Below, piece after piece: positions 12,430 to 25,105 of a DNA stretch of 64,000 nucleotides (within the stretch, counting starts at the first letter, position 1; every line of letters starts with the position of its first letter). The notes under the pieces are model-generated. The model did no database searches and was not told the origin of the DNA. It was given only the letters and a program-made list of their open reading frames with translations. Location of the stretch: the NCBI RefSeq assembly GCF_009834535.1, contig NC_045697.1, forward strand, positions 77,564,001 through 77,628,000, given 5' to 3'. The position numbers and the translations under genes are program-made. The stretch is from Camelus ferus (Eukaryota).

Positions 12430-12610
12430 CAAAGGGGGAGTAGGGAGGTAGCGTTGAGTGGGTAGAGTTTCAGCTAGGGAGGATGAAAAGTGCTGGAGAT
12501 GGATGGTGCTGACAGTTGTGCGACAAGGCCGATGTTCGGAACGTTGCAGCCCTGTACGCTCAGAAGTGGCAAACTGGATGTTACGTATATTTTGCCGCAA
12601 TAAAAACATT
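12430..12610 (+). mobile_element. L1MB-like 3' end fragment
   Basis: agagtttcagctagggaggatgaaaagtgctggagatggatggtgctg...tatattttgccgcaataaaaa follows the L1MB 3' UTR layout. Confidence 0.75.
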
Positions 12611-14469
12611 GTTTAGTGAGAACTGCAGGCATGCAGGTGTTGGGGAGAAAACAGGTTCAGTATTGAACACGGAAGAACCTGTTCTTTTTTCTCACGAGTC
12701 CTTTCCTTTCTGGTGCCCAGGAGGAGTCCAGAGTCTTAGAGAATTAAAAAGTAGAATTTGGGACCTGAAAACAAGAATTCTAAATAATCAAAATGCATTA
12801 AGCTTTCTTAATTAAATAGTAGAGACAAGGTTTCCTAAGAGTGAAAAATGGGGAAGGAATTTGACTTCCCAAATGAACAAAAAGGCATCCATATTCACTA
12901 AATGAGGGCCGGAGAGACACCACCACTGGCACTGATCTTTGGATCTATTTGCTTCAGCAGTTTACCTGGGGAAGGTCGCTATCAAGTAAGCTCCAGGATA
13001 TTTGAAAGAAAATAAGTCATATTTTAAAACTGAAAACTCAGACTGTAATATATCTGTCTAAGGGGTCTGGCACCACATGAAATTGTGTCAGATACTAGCC
13101 TCATTAAAAGCAATGTCAGGTTTAGGATTTAGTTTGTTTTCAACTCTTCAGCCCATTGTCAACACCTCAATCTTGTGTTTTAACTGGGAAGGAATGGATC
13201 GTTTGATGTCCAACCTATAAACTATTGTGGCAAGTGAGGCCTCTCCAGGGAAAGCGATGATCAAGCCAGGGGCACAAGGGACTAAATGACAGCTCCTTCT
13301 GGGCTCAAGAGGGAAGAGAACTGAGTCCAGTTATAACGTCTGCAGGAGGGCAGTAGGGAGTGGCATGTTGGGGCCTAGATTAAAACAAGGCAGGTGATTC
13401 ATTAGCATCCTCAGGACCAGCACTGTAACAGGACAGAGCATCTGAGCACAAGTACCTCTGACAGCCGCACTAACAGTTCTCATCCGGGAACCCTATGTTA
13501 AGGACGTCGGTGTCAAGCTGGAGTAGAAGCCATGGGGACAGGCAGCACAGGGCTGCAAGGGAAGATGACCAGTGTGACGGGCTGGGGTGGCTCAGCCATA
13601 AGTCATTCCTTCAAGTCCCTCAAACACAACCAGGTACAACTCAGGACACAGACAGGCAGCCCTGACAGGGAAAGGCACTTCTAGAAGCAAAGACTGAATT
13701 TGCTCCTTTGTAATTTGAGGCTTAAGGGTCAGAAGCATAGAGGCACCTTTTCTGATTAAAAAAAAAATCCTTGTTGAGGGGAGGGAGGTAAAAATTAGGA
13801 AGGTATTCAGGGGTGGTGTGCTGGGGGAGTCCCATTTCATGCATTTACTGTGTCATGTATCTGTGGTCAAGTCTTTACCGAAAAAGATAGAGGAGAGTCT
13901 TAAGGATACTTATTATACAGAATAAAGTAAAAGTCAGGGGGATAGGATATTTCTCAATTTGAATAATTCTCTAACTTAATATATGAATTTACTTTGAAGG
14001 AAAACATCACAAAACCCCAAGAGAAATATATATGCTCACTCTCAGACCACCACCAGTTTGAGGAAAAGTGATCTGACTCAGACTCTGTGACTCTAAATTA
14101 AAAAGAATCACTATGAAAAATTAATCTGGCAAGACAATCTCTCATCTATACATGAAAACACAAAATTAAAATATTCTCATAGAATTCTGAAATGCCTAAA
14201 ACTCCTAGACTTCTAGACCTTGTCTGTAGCTCCAAGTCTGAAAAATGCTTCTTTGGCCCAAGAGCTTGCAGCTTAGTGGTCCCAATTCATGTATAAAAAA
14301 TAGCTGTCTGTGGTTTGGTTCATGAAATTCATATTATAAACTTTTTATCTAAAGTCGCCATTCCATGCCAGCTGTTTAAATGCTTGGTCCACAGTAGGTG
14401 CTCAATATAAATTTATTAAATGAATAAATGAATGAATCCATTCTAATGTGTCTCACTCACCGTTTTCAT

Positions 14470-14523
14470 TGTGTGTGTGTGTGTGCGCGCGCGTGCATGC
14501 ACGGGTACACATGCACACACACA
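14470..14523. repeat. (TG)n(CG)n...(CA)n alternating purine-pyrimidine tract
   Basis: tgtgtgtgtgtgtgtgcgcgcgcgtgcatgcacg followed by gtacacatgcacacacaca. Confidence 0.95.
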
Positions 14524-15665
14524 AGTTTTCTCCTGCTGCTCTTCCCTAGTCTTTGACCTCGGAAGACAGGGGTCAAATCAATAGTTCAAACCAAATGCCA
14601 ACACCTGGAGGCAGCAGGGGTACAGCCCCCGGTGGAAAGTGCAGTTGGGATGCACACACCGGAGACACCTTACATCCTTTGTGAACAGACACGAACTAGA
14701 GGCGCACCTTTCAGAAAGACCGTTGATAGCGAATACTGCAGGTGGCTCATAATGAAATTACAACCTCTCACCTCACTTTTAGGAGAAACAGGACAGGGAA
14801 CACAATCTATAAATAAAAAAAATTTGAACTAAATAAGCCAATTCTTAATTCCCAATAAAAAAAAAATTAAGAAGCCCAGAGGATGATCAGGTGCCCCTAA
14901 GGACAGAAACCAGTTTGTGAGTTGACAGCCAGCACTGCGCATGGGTGAACTCAGAGCTTGTCACCAGCAGATCCCTTTTTCTGGCAATAAAGATCTTTTC
15001 CTGGAAAACTGTGCCCATGTCAAATCCTTGCCACTTAGTTTTTCACTGTTTCTGCTAACCTGTGGCCCACTTACATTCAAGACTATTAAAAAGTTAAAGG
15101 AGAAACCTTAGGAATCTACACATAGGATTTGGGGTTAATTTCTTGAAGGTGAACTGCAGCTTGCTAAGGCCAGTTTCTTTAGGACACCAGAAACTACCCC
15201 TTCACGCTTGTTAATGAGAACACGAGGATACCCAAACAAGCGGAATTTCCTAGTCTGCATCCTCCCTCCGGAGCTGAACCTGTGCTCCGATGTGGGGCCA
15301 GGAGACAGCCGTGCTGCTCCTTTACCCCGCATTCTACGCTAGCTCAGCTGTTCACGGCCTGAGGGGCCTGAGGGGTGTCATAAGGCCCAGGAAGCGTGTT
15401 TTCAGGACAGCTTGGGCACCAGCATGCTCTGTGTATACTATTCTACTCTTTAGATACACAAAGTACTATTATTTAAAAGGAGGGAAGGAGGGAGGAGAAA
15501 AAAATCATGGAGGTTAGTCAGGAACTCTCATTCATTCATTGTAACTTTCCTGCAACCAATAAAATGGGACCTTCAAATCGTTTGCCTTTAAATAAACATT
15601 GTGGGGGTTTAGCTACATAGGGGTGAGGGGTTAGGGGAGAAAACGGAAGGGGAGAAGACACTCAC

Positions 15666-15817
15666 CTAGTTCGGGTGCTTTGCTTAGCACAAATGCATAA
15701 GCCCAGAATTTGCTGACAGGTCCATTGTAAAAACTCTGGTCACAAACTGAATGCTTCAGGCCTTTGGTCATCAAAATGTACACCATATAAGCACCAGTTC
15801 GAAGAGCACCGAATATA
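15666..15817 (-). CDS. ELOVL6: ELOVL6 coding exon 3 (152 nt)
   Basis: Reads (S)[50 protein letters not shown](G), including the start of the ELO KxxExxDT motif. Acceptor ttttcattatgaag|T, donor G|gtgag. Joins in frame to exons 2 and 4. Confidence 0.97.
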
Positions 15818-18800
15818 CTTCATAATGAAAAGAGAAAAGAAACAACATTCAGGAGAATAATTTCACTTCTGACATTAACCTTTCCTAGAAGACTGTCATG
15901 GGCAGGAGACGCGAGGAGGTGAATCACAAGCACTTGCATGTACCCAGAGCATTTAAAAATGTTTTGTAAACAAGAGGAATAAAACTTCTCAGTGCTGTAT
16001 CCTGAAGGCCATACATATGCCACTCATTCTTCATCAATGTTCCAAAAAGAAGTCATGGAAAAAGGGAACAGATCCAAGGTAATATCTCAAGAGCTCTGAT
16101 GACCTCTGGGTTTCGGCTTGAGAACTATTCCTTGGGGATGAAATGGAGTTGGCTGAAAACTCTTGGAATTATCTCAGTTCCTGTGTCCAATCATTCTCCA
16201 AATCCCCTGGCTCTGTTCCCTAAACCTCTCTCTAATCTGTCTTTCTCACAGAAGCCAGAGGAAGAAGGCTTAGCTCTACTGTCATCCCCCCAGAAGCCCA
16301 TCCAGGTTCAGTCCTCCGAGCCCCACAGCCATGGACTAACATGACTCAAATGCTGTTCTTCAGTGCCCTGTTACGTGTTTGTCTTTACACAGGCATAGGG
16401 GCGCAGAGATTGCTGGAAAACTGAGAGATTGTTTAACAGTAAACTGACACATGGAATTTTTATCAAGGAACTGCTAAGGAAACAGGAGAGCTGTGAGATG
16501 ATGTAACATGAAGTATGAGAGCACCTGGCAGCTGGAACACGCAGCTTCCCTTACGGAGTGAACCCCATGGGCGTAGGTCCCAGGGTTCGCCAACTGCACG
16601 CGTGACTGAAAGGACAGACAGCTGATCAGGCAAGAGATGTGCCTGCCCTTCCTTTTTCTTCTTTAGAAACCCTTTTAGGTTCTAAAAGTCAGTTAGGAAA
16701 TAAACTATTGAACAACTACTGAAGTAAGCAGCAGCCTCAGCCAATAGGGAAATGGGAGCTTGCTTTCTTTCAGAGGCACTTTTATTTAAAATGTCCTAAG
16801 TGTTGCTCCAGATAAGTCATTCCAGTAGGCTACCCCGTCCATAAACGTACCTCCACTAGTGAGGATGAGGGCATGAGGAGGTCATTTCAGAGTACGGCAG
16901 AATAGAACGTTCAGGTATCACAGTGACCCACAATATTGCTGGTAACAAGTACAGAGCACATGTTGTTGTGCCATATCTGGACACAAGCCCCACTCCCTAA
17001 GCTCTGAACAATGAGGCTGACTCAGAACAGAGGACAGTGCAGTTTTTCAGGGAAACCCTCAGTGCCAGCCATTGGGCCGACGTGTCTGAAGGCAAAGGGG
17101 CTTTGTTAGGATGTGACAATGCTACTGCTGGGAGCCAGCGGGGAGCTGCTTGGCCAGCGGGCTGATTGTTATCTGTGGGAAGCCAGTAGCTCTGTCCCTG
17201 CCACGTCTCAGCCACTGTACACTTTGGAACCATGTGGCTTTTTAGGATGACTGGGCACAGGGCCCTCAGACTGTGGCACTTCACCAAAATACACCTGAAG
17301 GGAGGAGACTTGTTTTTTTCCTAAGTTACATCATCTTGATGTGATGCAAAAAAACAGATATGCAGCTTCCGTTCTGCTGCCCCTAGTCCTGACTGATGCT
17401 CATGGCAGACATCACTAATCAATCCTGACACACTTCTGGCTGTGCCTGTACCCTGCGCCAACCACTGTAAGACACCACCCATGGAGGAGAGTTGCAAATT
17501 CCCATCACAGCTCTCACTAGTTTCACAACAGGTTACTTAACCTAAGTCTTTATTTGTCTGAAATGGTAATAATATCTAACTTGTAAATTAGTTCTAGTTC
17601 TGTGAATTTTGTAGGACAAATTAACTAAGATATTTAGTTAGCCTGGAGTCTCTAATATACAGGTGCTGAATAAGACAGTTTTTATACTATTATTACTATT
17701 ATTAAAGTGTTTTGTAGTTAAGTGTTTATTGTTAAATATTTTATTTCATGAGCCACCTTTTCACAAAATAAGTGCCTATTAGCAAGTTCACAATAGGATG
17801 TGAAATGAGCATTTTCCATAGAACAGCTTGAAGGAGAGATTGTTGGTATAGAAGTTTCTGGTTCGTGTGAAATTCATCTTTCTATCAGATGATAAAGATT
17901 ATTCAATCTAGGGCCTCAAAGAGGCCAAGAGTTGGGGCCATCGTGTTTAGCGAGGGCAGGTGACTGAGGCCTCATGCACCTCTTCCCAGCTGTAAGGTCA
18001 CTCTAGCATCTTGGTTTTTTAAAAAAATGTATCATTTTTCTCACCAAAGTCTAGTTTCAATGATAACAGTTAATGGAACAGGAGAGGGGCTGTGGAGAGA
18101 GCAGTGGACGTTTCTAAACTCCTTCAGCAACGGTAGGCACAACGCAGCAAGGAGCGCTGGAGGAAGCCACAGCCCTGATTAACAAGGTGTTTCTTCTCTG
18201 TCGCAGAGTCTGGAGTTCCTAGTCCAGAAGAAGCCTGCTTCTTCATCATTAGCCATTTGCCGCAGCATGTACTCAAGGAGGTGCCAAATATGAATGTATC
18301 ATGTGAACAGGTTTCAAATTCTGACAGAAACAATTCATGGTAATAAGCACTGAGGTCCTTTCTAAAAAAGTTTGAGATGCATACTAAAACAATTCTTCCT
18401 TCAAACCAAGGCTCTGACCGTGAGGTCTGACCATGTATTTACTTGAGAAAGAGTTGAATAACTCTGTACTCCAGCCTTGCAATTTTAGCGCCATCTGGGT
18501 GTCAAAGCAGATACCCCAGTAATGACGATAAGCACTCCGGAATTCCGCCTGGGGAGAAGGAGCCTTGGGTGTATGTCATCAGCAATACTTCCCATTGTTT
18601 CTGCACGAACAGGAATAGTTGGTAAAACCACTCTTGCATTGCTCCCTTGTTGGCCCCCGACTTACACGTTAAGGTACTTTGGAATCAAAACAAGGTTTCT
18701 AAAGGACTTTTTATTCTGTAGTGCCAACCACCCCGACCCCTCCTCCTTCTGCCCTCACTAACTCAATAACCAAAGGTGCTATCATTTCCAGGATTGGGCA

Positions 18801-19362
18801 ATAAAAATGCTGTATTACACTTGTATCCTATAATCAGAAAAAAAAAATGTGAGGTTTTGTCAGTGGTCAAAATATGGCAACGGCTGACCCAACAGTAGCA
18901 ACCCTTTATAAACATGGGAGAGGCCGCTGGTTTGAATCCGACAGTTCCCAGAGTAGGAATACTCAGATCCCAGAACAGGTTAAAGCAAATTAACCACCAC
19001 CAAAAAAAAACCCAGCGTAAGGACTCTGCACTTGGGAGGTGGTACAGAGTGACCACCGCTTACAATGGGGAATAACAGCACTTTTGGGGGGGGGGGAGGC
19101 GGGCAATGAACCAGCAGTTAAATGGGGATACATATGCATTGTAGTTGTTTAAAATTTACTTCCTCTACTCCTCAACAACTCAGAGTGTACAATTCCACTT
19201 TTTACTGAGTGATCATTTCTAGATTTGACTCATTTATCTTGATTGGAATCTTTAATAGGATCTCTCCATTAAAAAGTTTGAAAAATCCCTTGTGGATCAA
19301 GACACATGAGGCTAAAACTGCACATTATACATACCAAAGCTGAAAACACACACTTCCTTTGA

Positions 19363-19725
19363 AATCTCGCCGTTTGTGACAACATGGACGGACCTTGACG
19401 GTATTATGCTAAGTCAAACTGAGAAAGACAGCATATGATTTCACTCATATGTAGAATAATAATAAAAAAAACCTAATAAACTAACAGCAAAATACATGAG
19501 GAACCAAACCAAAGAAAAGCATGTGGATGCAGAGAACAGAGTAGTGGTTACCAGAGGGGGAGGGTGAAATGAGTAAACGGGAACAACTGTATGTCACGAA
19601 CAGAAACTAAAATTTTTGTGGTGGGTGGGCTATAGGGTATACAGAAATGTGCACGTGAAACTTATATGTTATAACCCAATGTTACTCTGATGTAAAAAAC
19701 TGATTTTAAAAGAGAAGAAAGAAAA
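19363..19725 (+). mobile_element. L1 3' end (L1MA9/artiodactyl-like) nested in an older L1ME-like relic (host ~19330-20050)
   Basis: acaacatggacggaccttgacggtattatgctaag...gtggttaccagagggg...A-rich tail. Degenerate TSD acacttcctttga / acatttctttga. Confidence 0.75.
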
Positions 19726-21504
19726 AATACATTTCTTTGACCTAATAATTCTATTGTTGGAAATACAACATACCCTTTAGGTATACTAGCAAAAGTACAG
19801 CAAGTCTTGTGTTTCACAATATCAGTGAGATGGTTAGGACATAATGTAAATGTCCTAAAATAATTGACATGAGATTGGTTAAAAATGACCATGAACACAA
19901 TACAGCAATAAAATGTACCTGGTACATTTGCCTTAGGTGCTGACACTGAAAGGCTCCTGGATACATGATGATTAAGTGAAGAAGATAAGGAGCAGAACAT
20001 TCTGTATAGTATGATCCAATTTTTGTACATTTTAAAAAGGTAACACACACACATACTGATAGTTATAAAGCATTTATAAAGTAAAATCCCTCAAACTGTT
20101 AATAATCATTCCTAGTGGAATTTTTACAACATCCATGTATCACTTGTTTTCCAGACACTACTAGAAACCTAAATTTAAATCATTTTGTAATATTTGTAAG
20201 CTGATGTCAAATAATCCTTGGGATTTTTTTGTTAATAAAAATGTTACCTTAAAGGTCTGACTTACTTAGATTAGTAACTCCTTTGCTTTTCAGAGATCAG
20301 ATATGTTAGACGGAGCTTTTAGTTTGCAGGGGAATCAGACAGCCAGCAACAACCATGACAAGGAACAGAAATAATCAGTTAAACCTGAGATACATGGTAA
20401 GCTAGAAAAGTGCTGAGTAGAAAAGCTGAATCTAGTTTAGAACAGGAATGGAAGGATAGATAAGGCCTCTGGAGAAATATTATTTAAACCCTGAGGCATG
20501 GAGTAGCTTCCAGTGCATTTCTTGTAATGGTCTCTACTGTTAAATATCACATACGATGATATTCACCAGCTCCTAGATAAATTAAATGCCGTATGTTGCG
20601 CGTGGAGTCTATCAGAGCTGAAGTCTTCATGGAAGGAGCTGAAGTGAGGAGGGTCCCACAGCACAGACAGAGCTGCCTTAGTGGATCATTTGGTCCCCTG
20701 ACGGACAGACAGAATGCAGGCATGCGCGCTATGACTGCTCTCTCCACTTACTACAAATCCCCTGGGTAAGTCAGAAAAAACTTCAGCCTGAAACAGGTGT
20801 TCTTATGAAATGTTTGGTAAGATGGGTTCATATCAATGCACTTTCTGATGCATCTGTTTATTTCCTTTATTTGTAAGTCGAAGCATTAAAAAAGAAGTAG
20901 TTGTCTTAAGGATCTGAATGTTCCTTAGATAATAAATACTTCAGGGTGTAGTCCTTGCATCTGGGGTGTGCAATTTGGATGTAACACATTTACCCTAGGT
21001 TTCTGACAAGCACAGAAATACTAAGTTTGAAAAAATAACTTGACAAAAATCAGCCTGGCAGAGTGGGGAGTAAGGAGGAATGGCAAGATTAAAAATAACA
21101 ATGATGAAGACAACTGGTACCGTAATGGATCTTAATGAGGATTTCCCAAAAGAAATATAATACCTGGCTATAGAATTGTAACATTTTTAGTTATTTGGAA
21201 TTTTGATTGATTGCACACTGTTTCATAAAATAGGCAGGATATTCTTTTCTGTTACTTGAGCTACTATTACTATGTCTTAATCTGAGATACAGGAATTTCA
21301 TCTTCTTGGTTAGGACAAGTATCCTCTGCCCCACTGGGGCTAGAGTGGCAGGTGGCCTCTGCTCCTTCCCCACAGCTCTCAGACTACGTGATGCCAGCTT
21401 CACTTCTGGCTGACAAGCACTTCACTAGGTGCTGGCAGGGATTTCACATTTAAAGAACTTTATCGAGATCCTACATGATGAAATCTGGTCATCACAACAG
21501 CATC

Positions 21505-21625
21505 ATGGGGCACCATTATCCTGGTTAAACAGACAAAGAGAAACATAGACACGGGGAGGGCAGGGGACTGGCCCAAGGTCACACAGTTACTGAGTACCAG
21601 AATCTTCTGACTACAGCTCTTGCAC
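21505..21625 (-). mobile_element. MIR fragment
   Basis: gactggcccaaggtcacacagttactgagt core. Confidence 0.6.
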
Positions 21626-21679
21626 TTTATTTCTTCACCCAGCACTGACCCTGAACTCCCACCAGGCTTCCATTTAGGA

Positions 21680-21800
21680 CAGTGGTTCTCAACCTGATTG
21701 GACTTTACAGTCGCCAAGATGCATGCTAAAACAATTCTTATGCCAAAGACCCATCTCATATCAATTCACTCAGCATCCTGGATGTGGAAGCACCTCTGAG
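21680..21800. mobile_element. MER5-like hAT MITE fragment
   Basis: Starts with the cagtggttctcaacct terminal inverted repeat; MER5-like interior. Confidence 0.55.
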
Positions 21801-23593
21801 TCCTAGCTCCGGGTTAGGGACACCCCGGAGGTTTCACCCTCCAAGATGCCTCCCAGACTGCCTCTACTCCCCACTCCGTGAAACTTTGGATCAAGCTGCT
21901 CAGGTAGCTGATGAAGAAAGTTGCCTATCTCTGCATCACCGATATACTTGATAAGAACCCTTCCCCCTGTTTTCAGCCACTGATAGGATGCCATCTAATT
22001 CATTCCTGGACAATGGAGACTTGCCCATGACTAGGGATTATTGGCTTTCACCTACACATGGAAGAACAATGTACTGGTTTCTGGACTTACACAACGGGAA
22101 CGAAGAGATAAAAGTCTTAACATTAGTGACCCCAATTAAGTATGGCAGAAAATTAAAATAAGAGACTTGTATGGACTAAAAAGAACCTGAAAATAAATGT
22201 GGATGGTAGGCGAGATTAATATTGAAGCCCAAAACTCACCAGAACCACAAAAGTTGCCAATCATCTTGTTTCTACAGAAAACTGGGTTACTTTGAGAACT
22301 CTTAATCTCTTTTGGAATACTGCCAAATTGCTAGGACAGCAGTAATTCCAGTGCCAGGATTAATAGCACTGACCTGTTAAACACCATTACACAGTCTTCA
22401 CTAGGCTCCCCAACTGCAACAGGAAACCAAATTTTTTTTTCCTGAGGGATGATTAATGAAAATTTCATTGGGAGAGTACCTGGATGATGAGATATATACA
22501 TTATCTGTATAAATAGTCTCTAACCCAACCCAACTCAGCCCAAAAACTGAAACAAAAGAAAATAAAAGAGGGGAGGGAGGAAGGAGAAAATGTCACCATG
22601 ACCCTCAGTTTGCCATGTCCTTAACACTGCGGAACAGGGAATGTCATTTAGGATTCCAGCCCAAAACTTCTGTGAGATCACATTATAACTCTAAGAACGG
22701 GAGGAAACATAAGTCACAATTTTCTGCTATTTATGTGCCTGATTCCCTTCTTTGGGTGTGTTAATCTAAAGGTCTGTTAGATAAATTTTTAATCTCGTTA
22801 AGTAGCACACTTACTATTTTTTGGAATTTTCATAGTTGCTCAGATTAATTGAATTCCTATAATCACAAGACATACCAAAGAAAGTAAATGTAAACAATAC
22901 TCATTTCACAAACATTAAGTACTGCTCTTCAACTGCAAGGTGTTTATAGATGGCACCCAGATGGGTCACTCTTCAAAAGTGTCTCACTGGCAGCAGTTGG
23001 CAGGGACTACACGGCACAGTTCACCAGGTCCTCCAAAGAAACCCCAGCAACAAACCCTAAGCAGCACTTACAGTCTCTGAACTTGTGGCCAATTCTGAAT
23101 CTCTTATCTTAAAAATGCCACTATGCTGGTATGGCTACTCTGACCTCTGTGAATACCCAACTGGTCTGCTCTAGGATCCTCTCACCTCCATTTCAAGAAC
23201 TTCCTGTGGCTTGAAGGAAGCCTGAGAATCTTCCTAGTCCTTCCCCTCGAGGCCCAAATCAAAGCCTCCCATAGCCCCCTGCACAATGAGGCTGCAGGAA
23301 CCCGTGGCCACAATTTCATCACAAAACAATTTTGAAAACAAAAATCATAGACAAGCACATTCTGATACATTTGTATATCAGGTCTCATTAAAGAAGAAAA
23401 GTTCACTCTGCCTTAACTCTTCTATGGATGCTTGGCCTATTTCCTGTCTGTTTCGTTTTCCTATTAATCCAGATTTTTGAATAGAGGATTCAAATGAGAC
23501 AAGTCTGTTATATTCTAGCAGCAAACAGTGGAGATGACCAAGATGACTGCTTTTAATTATTATGCCTATAAAAAGCTTTACATATAAAATTTT

Positions 23594-24050
23594 AAGAAAT
23601 TTTGGTGCATATGTATACAATGGAATACTCAGCCATAAAAAGAATGAAATCATGCCACTGGCTGCAAACATGGACGGACCTAGAGATTATCACATTAAAT
23701 GAAGTAAGTCAGACAGAGAAAGACAAATATATGATATTGCTTATATGTGGAATCTTAAAAATGATACAAATGAACTTATATACAAAACAGGAACAGACTT
23801 AACATAGAAAACAAACCCATGGTTACCTAAGAGGAAAGGTGGGGGGAAGGGATAAATTGGAAGTTTTGGATTAGCAGATACTAACTACTATATACAAAAC
23901 AGATAAACAAAAAGGTCCTACTGTATAGCACAGAGAACAATATTCAATAGCTTGTAATATTATGAAAGAGAATATATAACTGACTCACTATGCTATACAC
24001 AGAAACTAACCCAACATTGTAAATCAACTACATTTCAATAAAAAAAAAAA
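23594..24050 (+). mobile_element. L1 3' end (5' truncated)
   Basis: ORF2 C-terminus remnant (YTMEYSAIK), 3' UTR G-rich tract, aataaa plus poly(A) at ~24037-24050. Confidence 0.9.
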
Positions 24051-24511
24051 TTATTTTCATCTCTCTTGACCCAATTAAACAAGACACGCACATCCCTCAA
24101 GAAGATTATTCATGTAGGCAGGACTTAATAGAGTAACAATCACTAATAAAAATATATCCATTGAGATAATATAGATGAAAATATTTCTAATAACTAAGGC
24201 ATCCTCTAGAAGTTTAAGGTGTTATCAGAGAGGCACCCTGGTGTTAGGAGGGGAAATCAATAATCAGATTCCTCCATCTATTGACTGCATTAGGGCATGT
24301 CTCATAAATCTTTTCACTTCCTTTGTAAAATGGAAATGGCATTGTCCAATATTCTGCCTACATCACAAGGTGATCACATAAGTTGATGGATGTTCAAATT
24401 ATTATCATTATTATTATTCATTATTCATCACTATTATTTAGACAACAGTAGAACGTTCTTATTGGTATTACTATAATCTCTCTCATCCACAAATCTTTTC
24501 CTGACTATATC

Positions 24512-25105
24512 TTTTTTTCTTCTAGTTTTAATAAGAGATAATGTATAAGTTTAAAATGTACAACATAATGATTTGACTTACCTGCATCATGAAATGATGA
24601 CCACAGTAAGTTTAGTGAACATCCATCATCTCATATAGATGCAAAATTAAAGAAATAGAAAAAAATTTTCTACTTGTGATAAGAACTCTTAGAATCTACT
24701 CTCTTATTACTTTCATATCTAACACATAGCAGTGTTAGTTATCATGCTGTACATTACATCCTTATAACCGGAAGTTTGTACTTTTTGACTGCCTTCATCT
24801 AATCCTCTTCCCTCATCTCTGGTGACCACAAATCTGATCTCTTTTTCTATGAGTTTGTTGTGAAGTATAATTGACCTACTACATTGTGTTAGTTCCTGTT
24901 ACACAGTACGATGATTCGTTATTTCTATACATTTCAAAATGATCACCCCAACAAGTCTGGTTACCATCTGTCACCGTACAGATATTACATAATTATTGAC
25001 CATATTCCCCATACTGTTATGTTTCATACCTATGACTCATTTATTTTTGCAACTGGAAGTCTGTAGCTCTTAATCTCTCTCACCTACCTGTCTTCTCCCC
25101 CCATA
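24512..25105 (-). mobile_element. L1MA9-like 3' UTR, sense to ELOVL6
   Basis: tttaaaatgtacaacataatgatttgac...aagaactcttagaatctactctc...caaatctgatctctttttctatgag. Confidence 0.75.

Noticed and set aside
18487..18501. CTCF-like cacccagatggcgct on the minus strand
   Set aside because: Mismatches at informative 5' core positions; cannot be supported without a PWM score or ChIP data.
19086..19103. G-run as a G-quadruplex (also ~33878-33905)
   Set aside because: Marginal G-tract pattern that is common in mammalian introns.
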